A stretch of 64,000 nucleotides of DNA from Rhodospirillales bacterium (GTDB taxonomy: Bacteria > Pseudomonadota > Alphaproteobacteria > Rhodospirillales > UBA2165): contig OZ243926.1 of NCBI GenBank assembly GCA_965213765.1, positions 4,368,479 through 4,432,478 on the forward strand, given 5' to 3'. Positions 52,520 through 62,525 of the stretch are shown here, piece after piece. A program made the position numbers and the translations under genes. The stretch's first letter is position 1, and each line of letters opens with the position of its first letter. A model generated the notes under the pieces. It was not told where the DNA came from. It searched no databases and saw only the letters and a program-made list of their open reading frames with translations.

Positions 52520-53812
52520 ATGACAATCTCACTCATCGGTTTCGGCGCCCTGCTGCTGATCGCGTTTATCGGCTTTCCGCTCGGGTTCACCATGATGCTG
52601 ATCGGTTTCGTCGGTTTCGGCTTTGTCCGGGGCTGGGTGCCGTCGGTGGAGATGGTCATCCAGCAGATCATCGACATGGCGCTCAACTATAATTTCTCGG
52701 TGCTGCCCCTGTTCTTGCTGATGGGGGTATTCGTCTACAAGGCGGCGCTCGCAGAGGACCTGTACGAGGCGACCAATGCCTGGCTCGGCCATTGCCGGGG
52801 TGGGCTGGCCATGGCGACGGTGGCCGCCTGCGGCGGGTTCGCCGCGGTTTCGGGAAGCTCGGTCGCCACCGCCGCGACCATGGCCAAGGTGGCAATTCCT
52901 TCCATGCGCAAGTACCAATATTCGGACAGCCTGGCGGCGGGCACTGTCGCTGCGGGCGGCACGGTGGGCATTCTGATCCCGCCCAGCGCCGCGCTGATTG
53001 TCTACGGTATCCTCACCGAAGAAAGCATCGGCGAGCTGTTCGTTGCGGGAATTATTCCGGGAATCATCACGGTTGCGCTTTATATCGCGGTCATTTCCAT
53101 CGTCACCCGCATCTGGCCGACCCTCGGCCCGGCCGGCGAACGCTCGAGTTGGCGGGTGCGCTTCATAACCCTCGGCAAGATTTGGGGCATCGTCGTGCTG
53201 TTCGTGCTGATCCTCGGCGGCATCCTGTTCGGGGTGTTCACTGCGACCGAGGCGGGCGGGATCGGGGCGGCGGGTGCACTCGCATTCGCGCTGCTGCGCC
53301 GCAAAATGAGCTGGAAAATATTCGCTGAATCACTGGTCGAGGCGGCGGAGACCACCGCAACCGTCTTCACCGTGGCGTTTGGCGCGCTGATCCTCAACAA
53401 CTTCGTCACCATCGCCGGGCTGCCCGACGCCATCGTCGAATTCATCCGCTCCCTCGACCTGGCCCCCATTGTGGTGATCCTGATCGTACTCGGTATCTAC
53501 ATCATCCTCGGCACCATCATCGAAGGCCTGGCGATGATCTTCCTGACCGTCCCTATTTTCGTGCCGGTGGTCGAGAGTTTGGGCTTCAATCTAATCTGGT
53601 TCGGCATCGTCATGGTAATGGTGGTGGAAATTTCCCTCATCACCCCGCCCATCGGGCTCAATGTATTCGTGATGAAGTCCATGCTGCCCGACGTGGAGCT
53701 TGTCGCCATCTTTAAGGGCATCGCGCCGTTCTTCGCCGCCGATATCGTGCGGCTGCTGCTGGTCGTGTTCCTGCCCTGGCTGGCCCTTTATCTGCCCCGC
53801 TTACTCAACTGA
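52520..53812 (+). CDS. dctM: TRAP transporter large permease (DctM family)
   Basis: 430 aa and polytopic. SGSSVATAATMAKVAIPSM and GILIPPS are characteristic of DctM. Confidence 0.9.
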   Translation: MTISLIGFGALLLIAFIGFPLGFTMMLIGFVGFGFVRGWVPSVEMVIQQIIDMALNYNFSVLPLFLLMGVFVYKAALAEDLYEATNAWLGHCRGGLAMATVAACGGFAAVSGSSVATAATMAKVAIPSMRKYQYSDSLAAGTVAAGGTVGILIPPSAALIVYGILTEESIGELFVAGIIPGIITVALYIAVISIVTRIWPTLGPAGERSSWRVRFITLGKIWGIVVLFVLILGGILFGVFTATEAGGIGAAGALAFALLRRKMSWKIFAESLVEAAETTATVFTVAFGALILNNFVTIAGLPDAIVEFIRSLDLAPIVVILIVLGIYIILGTIIEGLAMIFLTVPIFVPVVESLGFNLIWFGIVMVMVVEISLITPPIGLNVFVMKSMLPDVELVAIFKGIAPFFAADIVRLLLVVFLPWLALYLPRLLN

Positions 53813-53850
53813 GACGGAATTCCGGCGCGTTCCGGTGACCCCGCGGCAAA

Positions 53851-56181
53851 CTATTTGAGGCAGGAATTGCCGTCGTTGATCGCGCGCCAGATCCTTCCCG
53901 GCGTCGCCGGCATCTGGAAGTTGGTCACGCCGACGGGTTCAAGCGCATGATTGACGGCGTTCATCATCGCCGCCAACGAGCCCACGGTCCCGCATTCCCC
54001 GGCACCTTTCACGCCCAGGGGATTTGTGTCCGTCGGGACGGGATGGCGGTCAATCTCGAATCCGCAGAAGTCATCTGCCCGGGGCATGGCATAGTCGAGA
54101 AAAGAACCCGACAGGATCTGCCCGCTTTCGTCATAGACCATGTTTTCCATAAGCGCTTGCCCGGCGCCTTGGACGATTCCGCCGTGGACCTGGCCGTCGA
54201 CCAGCAGGGGATTAAGTTCGACACCGACATCGTGGACCGCGGTGTAGCGGACCACCTCGGCCACTCCGGTTTCCGGATCGATCTCCACTTCGCAGACATG
54301 GCAGCTGTTGGGAAGGTTGCCGGCCTCCGGCGACCAGGTTGCGGTCTCGAAGAGTCCGATCTCAATTTCCTTTGGAAGATTTGCCGGCTGGAAGGCCGTC
54401 CTGGCCACCTCATCGAATTCAACCCGCCGGTCGGTTCCGGCCACCGTATAACGCCCATCACCGAATTCGATGTCGGCCTCCGGCGCTTCGAGGAGATGGG
54501 CGGCGATCTTTTTCCCTTTCTCGATGATTTTTCCGGCCGCCGTGAAAACGGCGCCGCCGCCGATGGTCGCCGTCCGGGCGGCTCCGGTCCCGGTGCCCCA
54601 GGACAGCTTGTCCGTATCCCCCTCGATCACCCGGATTTTTTCGGCATCGATGTGCAGAGTGTCGGAGAGGATCTGGGTGTAGATGGTCGCGTGGCTTTGG
54701 CCGCCGGCCGTCGATCCCACCAAAATGGTGACATTGCCGCCGGGGTCGAACCGCACCTCGGCGGTTTCCGGCGACGGTCCGGCGGACGGATCAACCGTGG
54801 TTGAGATGCCGACGCCCCGCAGCATTCCACGGGCCCTTGCCTCTTCGATCCGGGCGGCGGCGCCGTTGTAATCCGATTTGACGAGACACTTGTCCATTAC
54901 GGCTTCGAAATCACCGCAGTCATAGGCACCCCGGGTGGGAAGCCGGTAGGGCATGGCGCCGGCCGGGATGAAATTCCGCCGGCGGATTTCCGCCGGGTCG
55001 ATCTCCAACGCCCGGGCGGCCATATCGACAATGCGCTCATGCACATAAACCCCGGGCGTGCCGCCGGGAGCCCGGTAGTTGGAAACCGGTACCGTGTTGG
55101 TGAGCACCCCGGCAGCCTCGCCGTATACCGCCGGCGTGGCGTAGACGCCGCAAATCTGGCGGGTAATCCCGGCGGTCGATCCGAAACCGATCATGGTGAC
55201 GAAGGCGCCGAGGTTGTTGCGGGAGGACAGCCGGAACGCGGTGAACCGGCCTGCGCCGTCCAGTGCCAATTCAGCGTCGACGACCATGTCCCGTCCCTGA
55301 TCGTCGGCCATGTGGCCTTCGATCCGTTCCGAAATCCATTTGACCGGCCGTCCGGTCTTCCGCGCCGCCCAGGCGGCGAGCGGCACCTCCGCGTACAGCC
55401 CGCCTTTCATCCCGAACGAGCCACCCACGTCGCCGGCGATCAGATGCATGGAATGCTCGGGAAGGCCGAAGATGTCCCGGGTCATCAGCGTCCGCCAGAT
55501 ATATGGCCGCTGCAGGCAGGCATGAATGGTGTACTTGCCGGCGCCCGCGTCGTAGTCGGCGACGACGCCCCGGGGTTCCATGGCATTTGCGGTCACCCGG
55601 TTGACGACGAACCGGTCCCGGACGACGTGAGCCGCCTCGGCGATGGCTTTGCCGACGGCTTCGGCATCACCCAACCCGACGAAGAGGGCTTCGTTATCGG
55701 CGCAATCCGGCCAGAGACGGTGCCCGTCCGGATCGTTCGCGGTCGCCGTATCCAGGATGAACGGCAGGGCCGAGTAATCCACTTCTATCCGCTCGGCGGC
55801 GTCCTTGGCGATGTCGACTGTCTCGGCGATCACCACGGCGACAATCTGCCCGATATGAAGGACGCGGTCCTTGTGGAGCGCCGGCCGGGGCGGGCGGAAC
55901 ATGGCCGATCCATCCCGCCGCTTGTGCGGCGATACTCCCTTGATCTCACCCAGACCGTCCGCCGAGTAATCTTCACCGGTGAGCACCGCCAGGACACCGG
56001 GCATGTCCCGGGCCGCCGAAATATCCACCCGGTTGATTTCCGCATGGGGATGGGGTGAGCGGAGACAGACCATGCGGGCCTGGCGCGGCAGGACAATGTC
56101 GTCCACATACCGCCCTTGGCCCGTCAACAGGCGCGGTGCTTCCACCTGGGTGACCGGCTGGGAAATGGCGTATCGGGTCAT
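53851..56181 (-). CDS. xanthine dehydrogenase / aldehyde oxidase family molybdopterin-binding large subunit
   Basis: EAPRLLTGQGRYVDDI, NAMEPRG, GGSFGMKG, the AGxG..TR region and ECGTVGS near the C-terminus. There are no adjacent 2Fe-2S or FAD subunit genes. Confidence 0.85.
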   Translation of the reverse strand: MTRYAISQPVTQVEAPRLLTGQGRYVDDIVLPRQARMVCLRSPHPHAEINRVDISAARDMPGVLAVLTGEDYSADGLGEIKGVSPHKRRDGSAMFRPPRPALHKDRVLHIGQIVAVVIAETVDIAKDAAERIEVDYSALPFILDTATANDPDGHRLWPDCADNEALFVGLGDAEAVGKAIAEAAHVVRDRFVVNRVTANAMEPRGVVADYDAGAGKYTIHACLQRPYIWRTLMTRDIFGLPEHSMHLIAGDVGGSFGMKGGLYAEVPLAAWAARKTGRPVKWISERIEGHMADDQGRDMVVDAELALDGAGRFTAFRLSSRNNLGAFVTMIGFGSTAGITRQICGVYATPAVYGEAAGVLTNTVPVSNYRAPGGTPGVYVHERIVDMAARALEIDPAEIRRRNFIPAGAMPYRLPTRGAYDCGDFEAVMDKCLVKSDYNGAAARIEEARARGMLRGVGISTTVDPSAGPSPETAEVRFDPGGNVTILVGSTAGGQSHATIYTQILSDTLHIDAEKIRVIEGDTDKLSWGTGTGAARTATIGGGAVFTAAGKIIEKGKKIAAHLLEAPEADIEFGDGRYTVAGTDRRVEFDEVARTAFQPANLPKEIEIGLFETATWSPEAGNLPNSCHVCEVEIDPETGVAEVVRYTAVHDVGVELNPLLVDGQVHGGIVQGAGQALMENMVYDESGQILSGSFLDYAMPRADDFCGFEIDRHPVPTDTNPLGVKGAGECGTVGSLAAMMNAVNHALEPVGVTNFQMPATPGRIWRAINDGNSCLK

Positions 56182-56205
56182 CGTCCGCCCCGCACCGATG
56201 CGGCG

Positions 56206-57078
56206 TTAGTCGAAATTGTAGAGCGCCGCAGGATTGTCCACGAGAATCTTCTTGATCATGGCATCATCGAGGTCGAGCTCAAGGAGCCAATCCAGAATTT
56301 TGTCATCATCGGGCATGGGGAAATCCCAGGTGCGGACGTGGGGCCAGTCCGAGCCCCAGATGATACGGTCGGGACACTCGCCGATGATGGCCCGGGCATA
56401 AGGAACGAGGTCGCGCCACGGCGCCTCTTCGCGGGAATATCTGTACATACCTCCGATTTTCATCCACGCCCGGCCCGTGGCCGCCAATTCCATCAGCGCC
56501 CTGAAGCCGGGCTGGTCGAGGCCGTCCTCGACCTTCCACCCCCGCCAGGCCAGGTGATCGACCACCACGTCGACGGGGAGCCGGCCGAGGAGCGGCGCCA
56601 ACCCCAGCCACTGCTCCGGGTCCGAGGGCATGAACAGCATGTGCCAGCCGAGATCGGCAATCTTCGCGGCTAGCGTCGTGACGGTGCCGGCATCCACCTG
56701 ATCGCCGAACAACGGCGTGAGCCGGACGCCGCGGATGCCCCCTTTATCCATCCGTTCCATGTCGGCCTTCGTCGCGCCGGCATCAAGAATGACGATGCCC
56801 CGGCCTTGCCCGTTCATCTCCGCAATCGCATCGAGGGTTACCGCCGGGTCCGTCCCGCTGACCGTGATATGGACAATGACCGCCCGATCGAGCCCCATGA
56901 CATCAAGGAAGCCCCTCATCATTTCGTAGGGCGCTTCCGGCGACGTGAACGTCCGTTCCGGAACCATGGGATACCTGCTGTAGGGGCCGACCACATGGAT
57001 ATGGGTATCGCAGGCGCCGGCCGGCGCAACGAGCCTGGGCCGGGTGACCGGATTGGGTCCGGGACATTCACGGGTCAT
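56206..57078 (-). CDS. amidohydrolase-2 family protein (LigI-like)
   Basis: APAGACDTHIHVVGP, GIRGVRLT, VVDHLAW and WGSDWPHV. It is a paralog of the two genes at the window start. Confidence 0.8.
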   Translation of the reverse strand: MTRECPGPNPVTRPRLVAPAGACDTHIHVVGPYSRYPMVPERTFTSPEAPYEMMRGFLDVMGLDRAVIVHITVSGTDPAVTLDAIAEMNGQGRGIVILDAGATKADMERMDKGGIRGVRLTPLFGDQVDAGTVTTLAAKIADLGWHMLFMPSDPEQWLGLAPLLGRLPVDVVVDHLAWRGWKVEDGLDQPGFRALMELAATGRAWMKIGGMYRYSREEAPWRDLVPYARAIIGECPDRIIWGSDWPHVRTWDFPMPDDDKILDWLLELDLDDAMIKKILVDNPAALYNFD

Positions 57079-57156
57079 GAAATTCTCCTAGTCTTCCAGG
57101 TTGGACGGCGTCCAAATTCTTGACGCCATGGACCGGTTCGCCGATGCCGGGAATAC

Positions 57157-58134
57157 TCATCGGTCCGGATTTTCCGTATCAAGCCCGGGCGGCAATGGCG
57201 CACCGTCCGGAAACCAAGCGGGCGTCCGGTAGCCGGCGGTTTTCCGATTGCCCATATATTCCTTGTAGAGCGTCTTGAGGGACGAATCCCGGTTCTCCAA
57301 ATGGACGTAGGGGCAGACATCGACACAGATGTGACAATACTCGGTCCGCAATCGGGAGTACGGGTAGCAGCTTTCCGCATCCGTGATCCAGCGCCGGACG
57401 CCCTCGGTCACGACGGCTTCGTCCGGTATCGCCTCGCCCGGGCAATTCAGAGAGCAGATGTCGCAGTTCAGGCAGCGGTCCTGAACGCCGAAGATCAGAG
57501 GCCCGTTTTCCACCAGCGGCAGATCGGTGGTTACGAACCCCGGCCGGTGGCTCGCGCCGAATTTCGGATGAATAAGGCTGCCATGCTTGCCCAGCTCGCC
57601 GAGGCCCGACCAGTACATGGCGGGGATCGCCTGAATCTCGCCGCCGCCGTTGTGATGGGCCAGCGCCGGCCAGCCCATGCCGCGAATGGCGCGCGCCAGC
57701 TGATCGGCGATCTCGCAGCACTCGGTGTAGACGGAGAGGGCCTCATACTCGATGGCGTAGGGGCCCCGCCGGGTGACGCCGTAATCCTCGGCGACAAAGA
57801 ACGAGATCACGTACTCATGGGGTATCTCCATCCCTTCATCGACCATGAACGGACGCAGCTCGGCCGCCCCCGCCGCGTCGGCGCCAAGCTCAAGGCAAAG
57901 CGCCTCGATTTCTTTCGACATGGCTTCGGCATCGGGGACCGGGCGCCGCCGGCCGGCAACCGGCTCCTCCCGGCGGTCCGCCAGCTCCTTCCAGCGCCGC
58001 CGCAGCTTCTTGGTCTCCTCGCCCCGGTTCTCATAGAAGGCGATGGTATCAACGCCCATCCTTTCCATCACCTGGACGAGGAGCGGGTCCTTGAAACCGT
58101 GGTTCCGGCGCTTTGTGGTGCCGACGACGGACAT
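57157..58134 (-). CDS. reductive dehalogenase / QueG-like 4Fe-4S protein (short form)
   Basis: SGLGELGKHGSLIHPKFGASHRPGFVTTDLPL is followed by CLNCDICSLNCP and CHICVDVCP (two 4Fe-4S motifs). This resembles the RdhA/QueG core. 325 aa with no Tat leader. Confidence 0.55.
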   Translation of the reverse strand: MSVVGTTKRRNHGFKDPLLVQVMERMGVDTIAFYENRGEETKKLRRRWKELADRREEPVAGRRRPVPDAEAMSKEIEALCLELGADAAGAAELRPFMVDEGMEIPHEYVISFFVAEDYGVTRRGPYAIEYEALSVYTECCEIADQLARAIRGMGWPALAHHNGGGEIQAIPAMYWSGLGELGKHGSLIHPKFGASHRPGFVTTDLPLVENGPLIFGVQDRCLNCDICSLNCPGEAIPDEAVVTEGVRRWITDAESCYPYSRLRTEYCHICVDVCPYVHLENRDSSLKTLYKEYMGNRKTAGYRTPAWFPDGAPLPPGLDTENPDR

Positions 58135-58188
58135 GGTGCTTCTTTCCTCGGGGCCTTTGGCCGTTCGGCGGCCGCAACCTGGCTGCCG

Positions 58189-59040
58189 CTAGCCTTGCTG
58201 TTCCGCGTGCTCCGCCAGCATCAGCTTGGCAATTTCCGTCCGCGTGGTAACCCATGCGAACGGTGTGCGGGCGACAATTTCCATCACCTTCAGGAACTGG
58301 ATCGACCCGGCGATCCTTCCCGAGACGTGGGCATGGAAACCCAAATCCAGGACCGTGGGCGGCGAGCCGATCTTCGGGTAACCGTCCATGATATCGCCGA
58401 CGATTTCGGGCAACAGCATCAGCCGGTTGCCGTGGCGGAGGTGAAAGGCGAGGTCGTTGACTTCCATGTCATAGGGTATGCAAACCACGGGACCGGAGCT
58501 GGTCGGTTTGATTTTGGGCATGTCGCCGCTCATGTCGTCGGCATAAAATTGATAGCCGTTGGCCGCCATCAGTTCCTCGGTGTCGGCCGACAACATGCCG
58601 CGCGGTACCGCAAAGCCGAGCGGCCGCTCGCCCAGGAGTTTCTCCTGCGCCTCAGCGCAGCGTTTCATCTCCCGGTCCTCTTCTTCCCGGTCCATGTAAC
58701 AAAGCAGCCGGTGCTGGGTCCAACAGTGGGCCATGATTTCGTGGCCGCCGTCGTGTACCCGCCGCATCAGTTCAGGGCGCTCCTCGAACAGGATACCGCT
58801 GGCATGACAGGAGAATTTGAAACCGAAGGATTCAGCGATTTCCGCCAGCCGGTAGATGCCGACGTTCAGCCCGTATTCCGCCCACTGCCGGGCCGCCGTA
58901 TCGACGAATTCCTTGCGGAGCGGATTGCCGAACGGGGAAACACCGGGCGCGACACCCTCGGGCCACCATTCCAGCGGGATGTTGATACAGACGGCCATGG
59001 GACGGTCTTCGGGCCATCCTTTGGGTAGCTTGGTGGTCAT
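58189..59040 (-). CDS. polysaccharide deacetylase (NodB-homology / PuuE-like) family protein
   Basis: The sequence has FSCHASG, GHEIMAHCW, EEEDREMKRCAE and VPRG. This arrangement resembles the divergent PuuE-type deacetylase fold. Confidence 0.6.
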   Translation of the reverse strand: MTTKLPKGWPEDRPMAVCINIPLEWWPEGVAPGVSPFGNPLRKEFVDTAARQWAEYGLNVGIYRLAEIAESFGFKFSCHASGILFEERPELMRRVHDGGHEIMAHCWTQHRLLCYMDREEEDREMKRCAEAQEKLLGERPLGFAVPRGMLSADTEELMAANGYQFYADDMSGDMPKIKPTSSGPVVCIPYDMEVNDLAFHLRHGNRLMLLPEIVGDIMDGYPKIGSPPTVLDLGFHAHVSGRIAGSIQFLKVMEIVARTPFAWVTTRTEIAKLMLAEHAEQQG

Positions 59041-59073
59041 TTGATGTTCCTCACTGGTCGAAGCCGGTTCCGC

Positions 59074-59553
59074 TCAGAAACCCAGCCAATCCATGATCAG
59101 AGGCCGCGGCATGAGGACCTCCATCACGTTGATCAGCAGTCCCCAAATGAATGCAAACAGGAGAACCGCGCCGAATATGGCGATCCACAGTTTCTCGCCC
59201 CGCAGCAGGATGTAGCCGAAGGCGAAAGCCGGTACCGCGATGAGATGGCCGAAGATGAACACCCCGCCGACGAGAACCAAGATGGAGACCGCCAGCGGAA
59301 TGAGCGTATGGATCTGTTCCCGGGTAAATGGCGGCTTAGTGGCGTTGTCGCCGGTTTCCTGCTCGATCTCGAGAGGGCCGGTGAAGAACTGACGCGCGCC
59401 GTAAATGAGGACGCAGATCAGGATCAGCCCCGCCGCCGAGAACGGAAACAGTTGGTCCTGAAACGGAAATTCCCGGACGTCGGTGATGGCGAATACGCCG
59501 ACCACCAGGAAGAAGACCGTCAGAGCGATATCGACGATGCGGGCGCCGCTCAT
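59074..59553 (-). CDS. tctB: tripartite tricarboxylate transporter TctB-family small membrane protein
   Basis: 159 aa with four hydrophobic segments. Its ATG overlaps the tctA stop as ATGA. Confidence 0.7.
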   Translation of the reverse strand: MSGARIVDIALTVFFLVVGVFAITDVREFPFQDQLFPFSAAGLILICVLIYGARQFFTGPLEIEQETGDNATKPPFTREQIHTLIPLAVSILVLVGGVFIFGHLIAVPAFAFGYILLRGEKLWIAIFGAVLLFAFIWGLLINVMEVLMPRPLIMDWLGF

Positions 59554-61091
59554 TCGTCATACCCCGATATTTTGACCGGCGGACCCGCTTTCCCCTGCCG
59601 CTTGGCGCGATAGTGGCGAAGCATGGGCGGGAAAAACACGCTGAGGAAAATAACCAACGCGATTACCCACACCAGGGGACGACTCCATAGCCAGGTAGCG
59701 CCGTGGAGGTCGAAGGACAGGAATAGATATTTCTCGGCCAGCCCGCCCATGATCAGACCCATGATCAGGGGAACCCGGGGCCAATCCGTATGCTTGAAGA
59801 GGTAGCCCAGAAAGCCGAAGCACAGGAAAAGCGCGACGTCGCCGAACGACTGGTTGGCCATGGTCGCGCCGGTCAGCATGGTGCCGAGCACGATGGGAAC
59901 CAGAATGGAGGCCCGCAAATAGCAGATCAGGATCAGCCAGCGCTGCAACACCAACGCGAGGATGGCGGCAATGATGTTGGCGACGACGATCACCCAGATC
60001 ATGCCGAAGGTGACGTCGAGCTTGGTGGTGATCATGTCGGGGCCGGGGGTCAGGCCGAATACCAGGAATACCGAGAGGGTCAGCGCCATGCCGGCGTTTC
60101 CGGGAATACCGAAGACCACCGTAGGGACGAGCGCGCCCGGCTTTTGGGCGGCGGTTCCGGCCTCGGGCGCGATGACGCCCCGTACATTGCCCTTGCCGTA
60201 GGAACCGGGGTCCTTGTCCGAGGCTACGGCGGTGCCGTAGGCCATCCATTCGGCGACCTGTCCGCCGAGTCCGGGGATGAAACCGGCGAGCGCCCCCAAC
60301 GTGGCCGCCCTGATGATCAGCCACCAGTTCTTCAGGTTGTCGACCAGACCCTCCCAGAGACCGGAGACCCGGGTATCGACCGTGGTCGCCGAGATGGTCG
60401 TTCCGCGGCGGGCCAAATCCAGCACCTCGGGGATGGCGAACAAGCCAAGGACCACGGGTATCAGCGGAATACCTTCCCACAGATAGATAATCTCACCGGC
60501 GTAACGCGGGGCGCCAATGGAGGTTTCCAGGGTGACCATGGCCAGCAGCAGGCCGAAGCCCGCCATGATCAGGCCGCGCGCCAGGGAATTCCCCGCCAGC
60601 GAACCGGCGAGCATCAGACCCAGCAGGATGAGCATGAAGAATTCAGGCTGGCCGAAGGCGAATATCACCGCCCGCAGGATGGGAAGCAGCAGTATGAACA
60701 GCCCGGCGGCGACGAAGGTGCCGAAGATACTGGCGTAATAGGACGCGCAAAGCGCCCGGCCCGCTTCGCCGCGCTTGGCCATGGGGTAGCCATCCAGGGA
60801 AGTCGCCATGGCGGCGGACGTGCCGGGCACGCCTAATATGACCGCCGGGATCGTATCGGTCTGGGTCACCACCGCGCTCATCCCCAAGAGGAACGCCACG
60901 CCGGTAATCGGCTCCATGGTGAGGGCGAAAGGGATCAGCAGGGCAAAGCCGATCAGCCCACCCAGGCCCGGCACGAGCCCCAAGAACATGCCGACGAAAA
61001 TCCCGATCATCATCATCGGGAAGACCGGCCAGGAGAAGACATGGAACATGCCGGCGACGGCCGCGTTCAAAATGATTAGGGCTTCTTCCAT
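59550..61091 (-). CDS. tctA: tripartite tricarboxylate transporter permease TctA
   Basis: 513 aa and polytopic. LGGLIG, GVPGTSAAMAT and GIPGNAGMALTL are typical of the TctA family. Confidence 0.9.
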   Translation of the reverse strand: MEEALIILNAAVAGMFHVFSWPVFPMMMIGIFVGMFLGLVPGLGGLIGFALLIPFALTMEPITGVAFLLGMSAVVTQTDTIPAVILGVPGTSAAMATSLDGYPMAKRGEAGRALCASYYASIFGTFVAAGLFILLLPILRAVIFAFGQPEFFMLILLGLMLAGSLAGNSLARGLIMAGFGLLLAMVTLETSIGAPRYAGEIIYLWEGIPLIPVVLGLFAIPEVLDLARRGTTISATTVDTRVSGLWEGLVDNLKNWWLIIRAATLGALAGFIPGLGGQVAEWMAYGTAVASDKDPGSYGKGNVRGVIAPEAGTAAQKPGALVPTVVFGIPGNAGMALTLSVFLVFGLTPGPDMITTKLDVTFGMIWVIVVANIIAAILALVLQRWLILICYLRASILVPIVLGTMLTGATMANQSFGDVALFLCFGFLGYLFKHTDWPRVPLIMGLIMGGLAEKYLFLSFDLHGATWLWSRPLVWVIALVIFLSVFFPPMLRHYRAKRQGKAGPPVKISGYDE

Positions 61092-61215
61092 GTCTCCTAC
61101 CGCCCCGCCGGGTTCGCCCGCGCGCCCGAACCGGGGCCGTTTACGGTGCCGGCAAGAAGGAAGAGGGGCCGAGCGATACCGACGCTGGGCCCCTCCCGCT
61201 GCCTATGGGATCCAG

Positions 61216-62343
61216 CTACTTCTTCTTCCGGCTTCCGATGATGAGTTGGTAACCCTCTCCGCCCGGCTGGAAGTACGGGTCCTTGAGGGTGACAAGGCCG
61301 TCTTTCAAGTTCTTGCTGGCTTGGGCCGCGGGGACGTAGGCCAAGGGGAACCCGAACAATTTCGTGTGTTCGGCGATGAACGCCGGGTCCTTGGCCGCTT
61401 TGTCGACCGCCGTACGCCATGCGTTGACAATTGCCTCATCCGTACCCGCGGGCAGGAAAAACCCTTTGGCGATCTGATACATGCTCATCGCCGTCCGGAG
61501 CGCCGTGTATTCCTTGCTGCCCTTCGCATTCGGCTTCAACTTGAGATACAGCTCATCCGCTGTCGGTACATCCTTGATCAGCGGGTCGCGCATGATGTTC
61601 CCGGCGGCATCGAGAGTTCCCATCTGGTAGAGGGGCTTGATGTTGAGGTCGGCATAGTTCTTCAAGTTCCGCATCCAGGCCTGCATGAAGATGTAGCCGA
61701 GATTCAGTTCCCCGCTGGCCAGCGCCTGGATGACGGTATCCGTGCCCCGGAAACCTGTGACGACACGCACCGGGCTGCCGGCCGCCCGCCAGAGAATTTG
61801 AGCGGTCATGACGTTGAAGTTGCGAGACCGGGTGCCGAAACTCTGCTCGCCGGCCGAGGCATTGACGCCCGATGCATCCTGGGCTTTGGCCGATTTGCCG
61901 GCGATATGGAGGTACACCGCCGATTCGCCCGCGATTACCTTCATTGTGGAAATGTCATATTTCACGCCCTTACGGCCGACCGAGTACGAAATAAAGGCCG
62001 GCAAATTGAGCATTGAAGCCGTCAAGCCGTTGGGCTTGGCCGTCGCCGCGAAGAAATTGGCCGCGGTCACGCCGCCGCCGCCGAACTTGGACTGCACCGT
62101 GATTTGCGGATTACCCTTCAGGTTCTTGGATGCGTAGTTCATCCAGGTCTTCAGTGAGAGGACGGAATCGGCGCCCCGGTGCGGGGTCAGGAAGGTGATT
62201 TTCTTGCCCGTAAAATCGGGCTCCGCGGCAAGGGCCGTACCCGTCACCGACATGGAGCCGGCGGCAACGCCCGCCATCAATACCGAGGCCGCCAACGGCG
62301 CGGCGAACCCCTTGGATGTTAAATTGTCGAAAAAACGTGCCAT
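61216..62343 (-). CDS. tctC: periplasmic substrate-binding protein, probably TTT (TctC/Bug-like)
   Basis: Signal peptide ...VTGTALAAEP. SKFGGGGVTAANFF resembles the TctC PGGG loop. It is the first gene upstream of tctA-tctB. It is longer (375 aa) than typical TctC, so the assignment is tentative. Confidence 0.5.
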   Translation of the reverse strand: MARFFDNLTSKGFAAPLAASVLMAGVAAGSMSVTGTALAAEPDFTGKKITFLTPHRGADSVLSLKTWMNYASKNLKGNPQITVQSKFGGGGVTAANFFAATAKPNGLTASMLNLPAFISYSVGRKGVKYDISTMKVIAGESAVYLHIAGKSAKAQDASGVNASAGEQSFGTRSRNFNVMTAQILWRAAGSPVRVVTGFRGTDTVIQALASGELNLGYIFMQAWMRNLKNYADLNIKPLYQMGTLDAAGNIMRDPLIKDVPTADELYLKLKPNAKGSKEYTALRTAMSMYQIAKGFFLPAGTDEAIVNAWRTAVDKAAKDPAFIAEHTKLFGFPLAYVPAAQASKNLKDGLVTLKDPYFQPGGEGYQLIIGSRKKK

Positions 62344-62525
62344 CTGAATGTCTCCCCAATAGGAACGCTGAATTGCGATGAAGCCGGGTCGTGTTCTTGT
62401 TGTTCGACCTCAAATTGTTTCACGAAGCATCGGCAAGGTCGTCCAGTTTCAATGCTAGGGATGGACAAGGAAATATTCAAATGCTAATGCCGTCTCTTGC
62501 CATACCTAGCGCTTATGGGAAATCA

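Noticed and set aside
57301-59028. A 575-aa plus-strand ORF lies antisense to the RdhA-like and deacetylase genes.
   Set aside because: Its composition is that of a shadow ORF, and it spans two real minus-strand genes and their intergenic gap.
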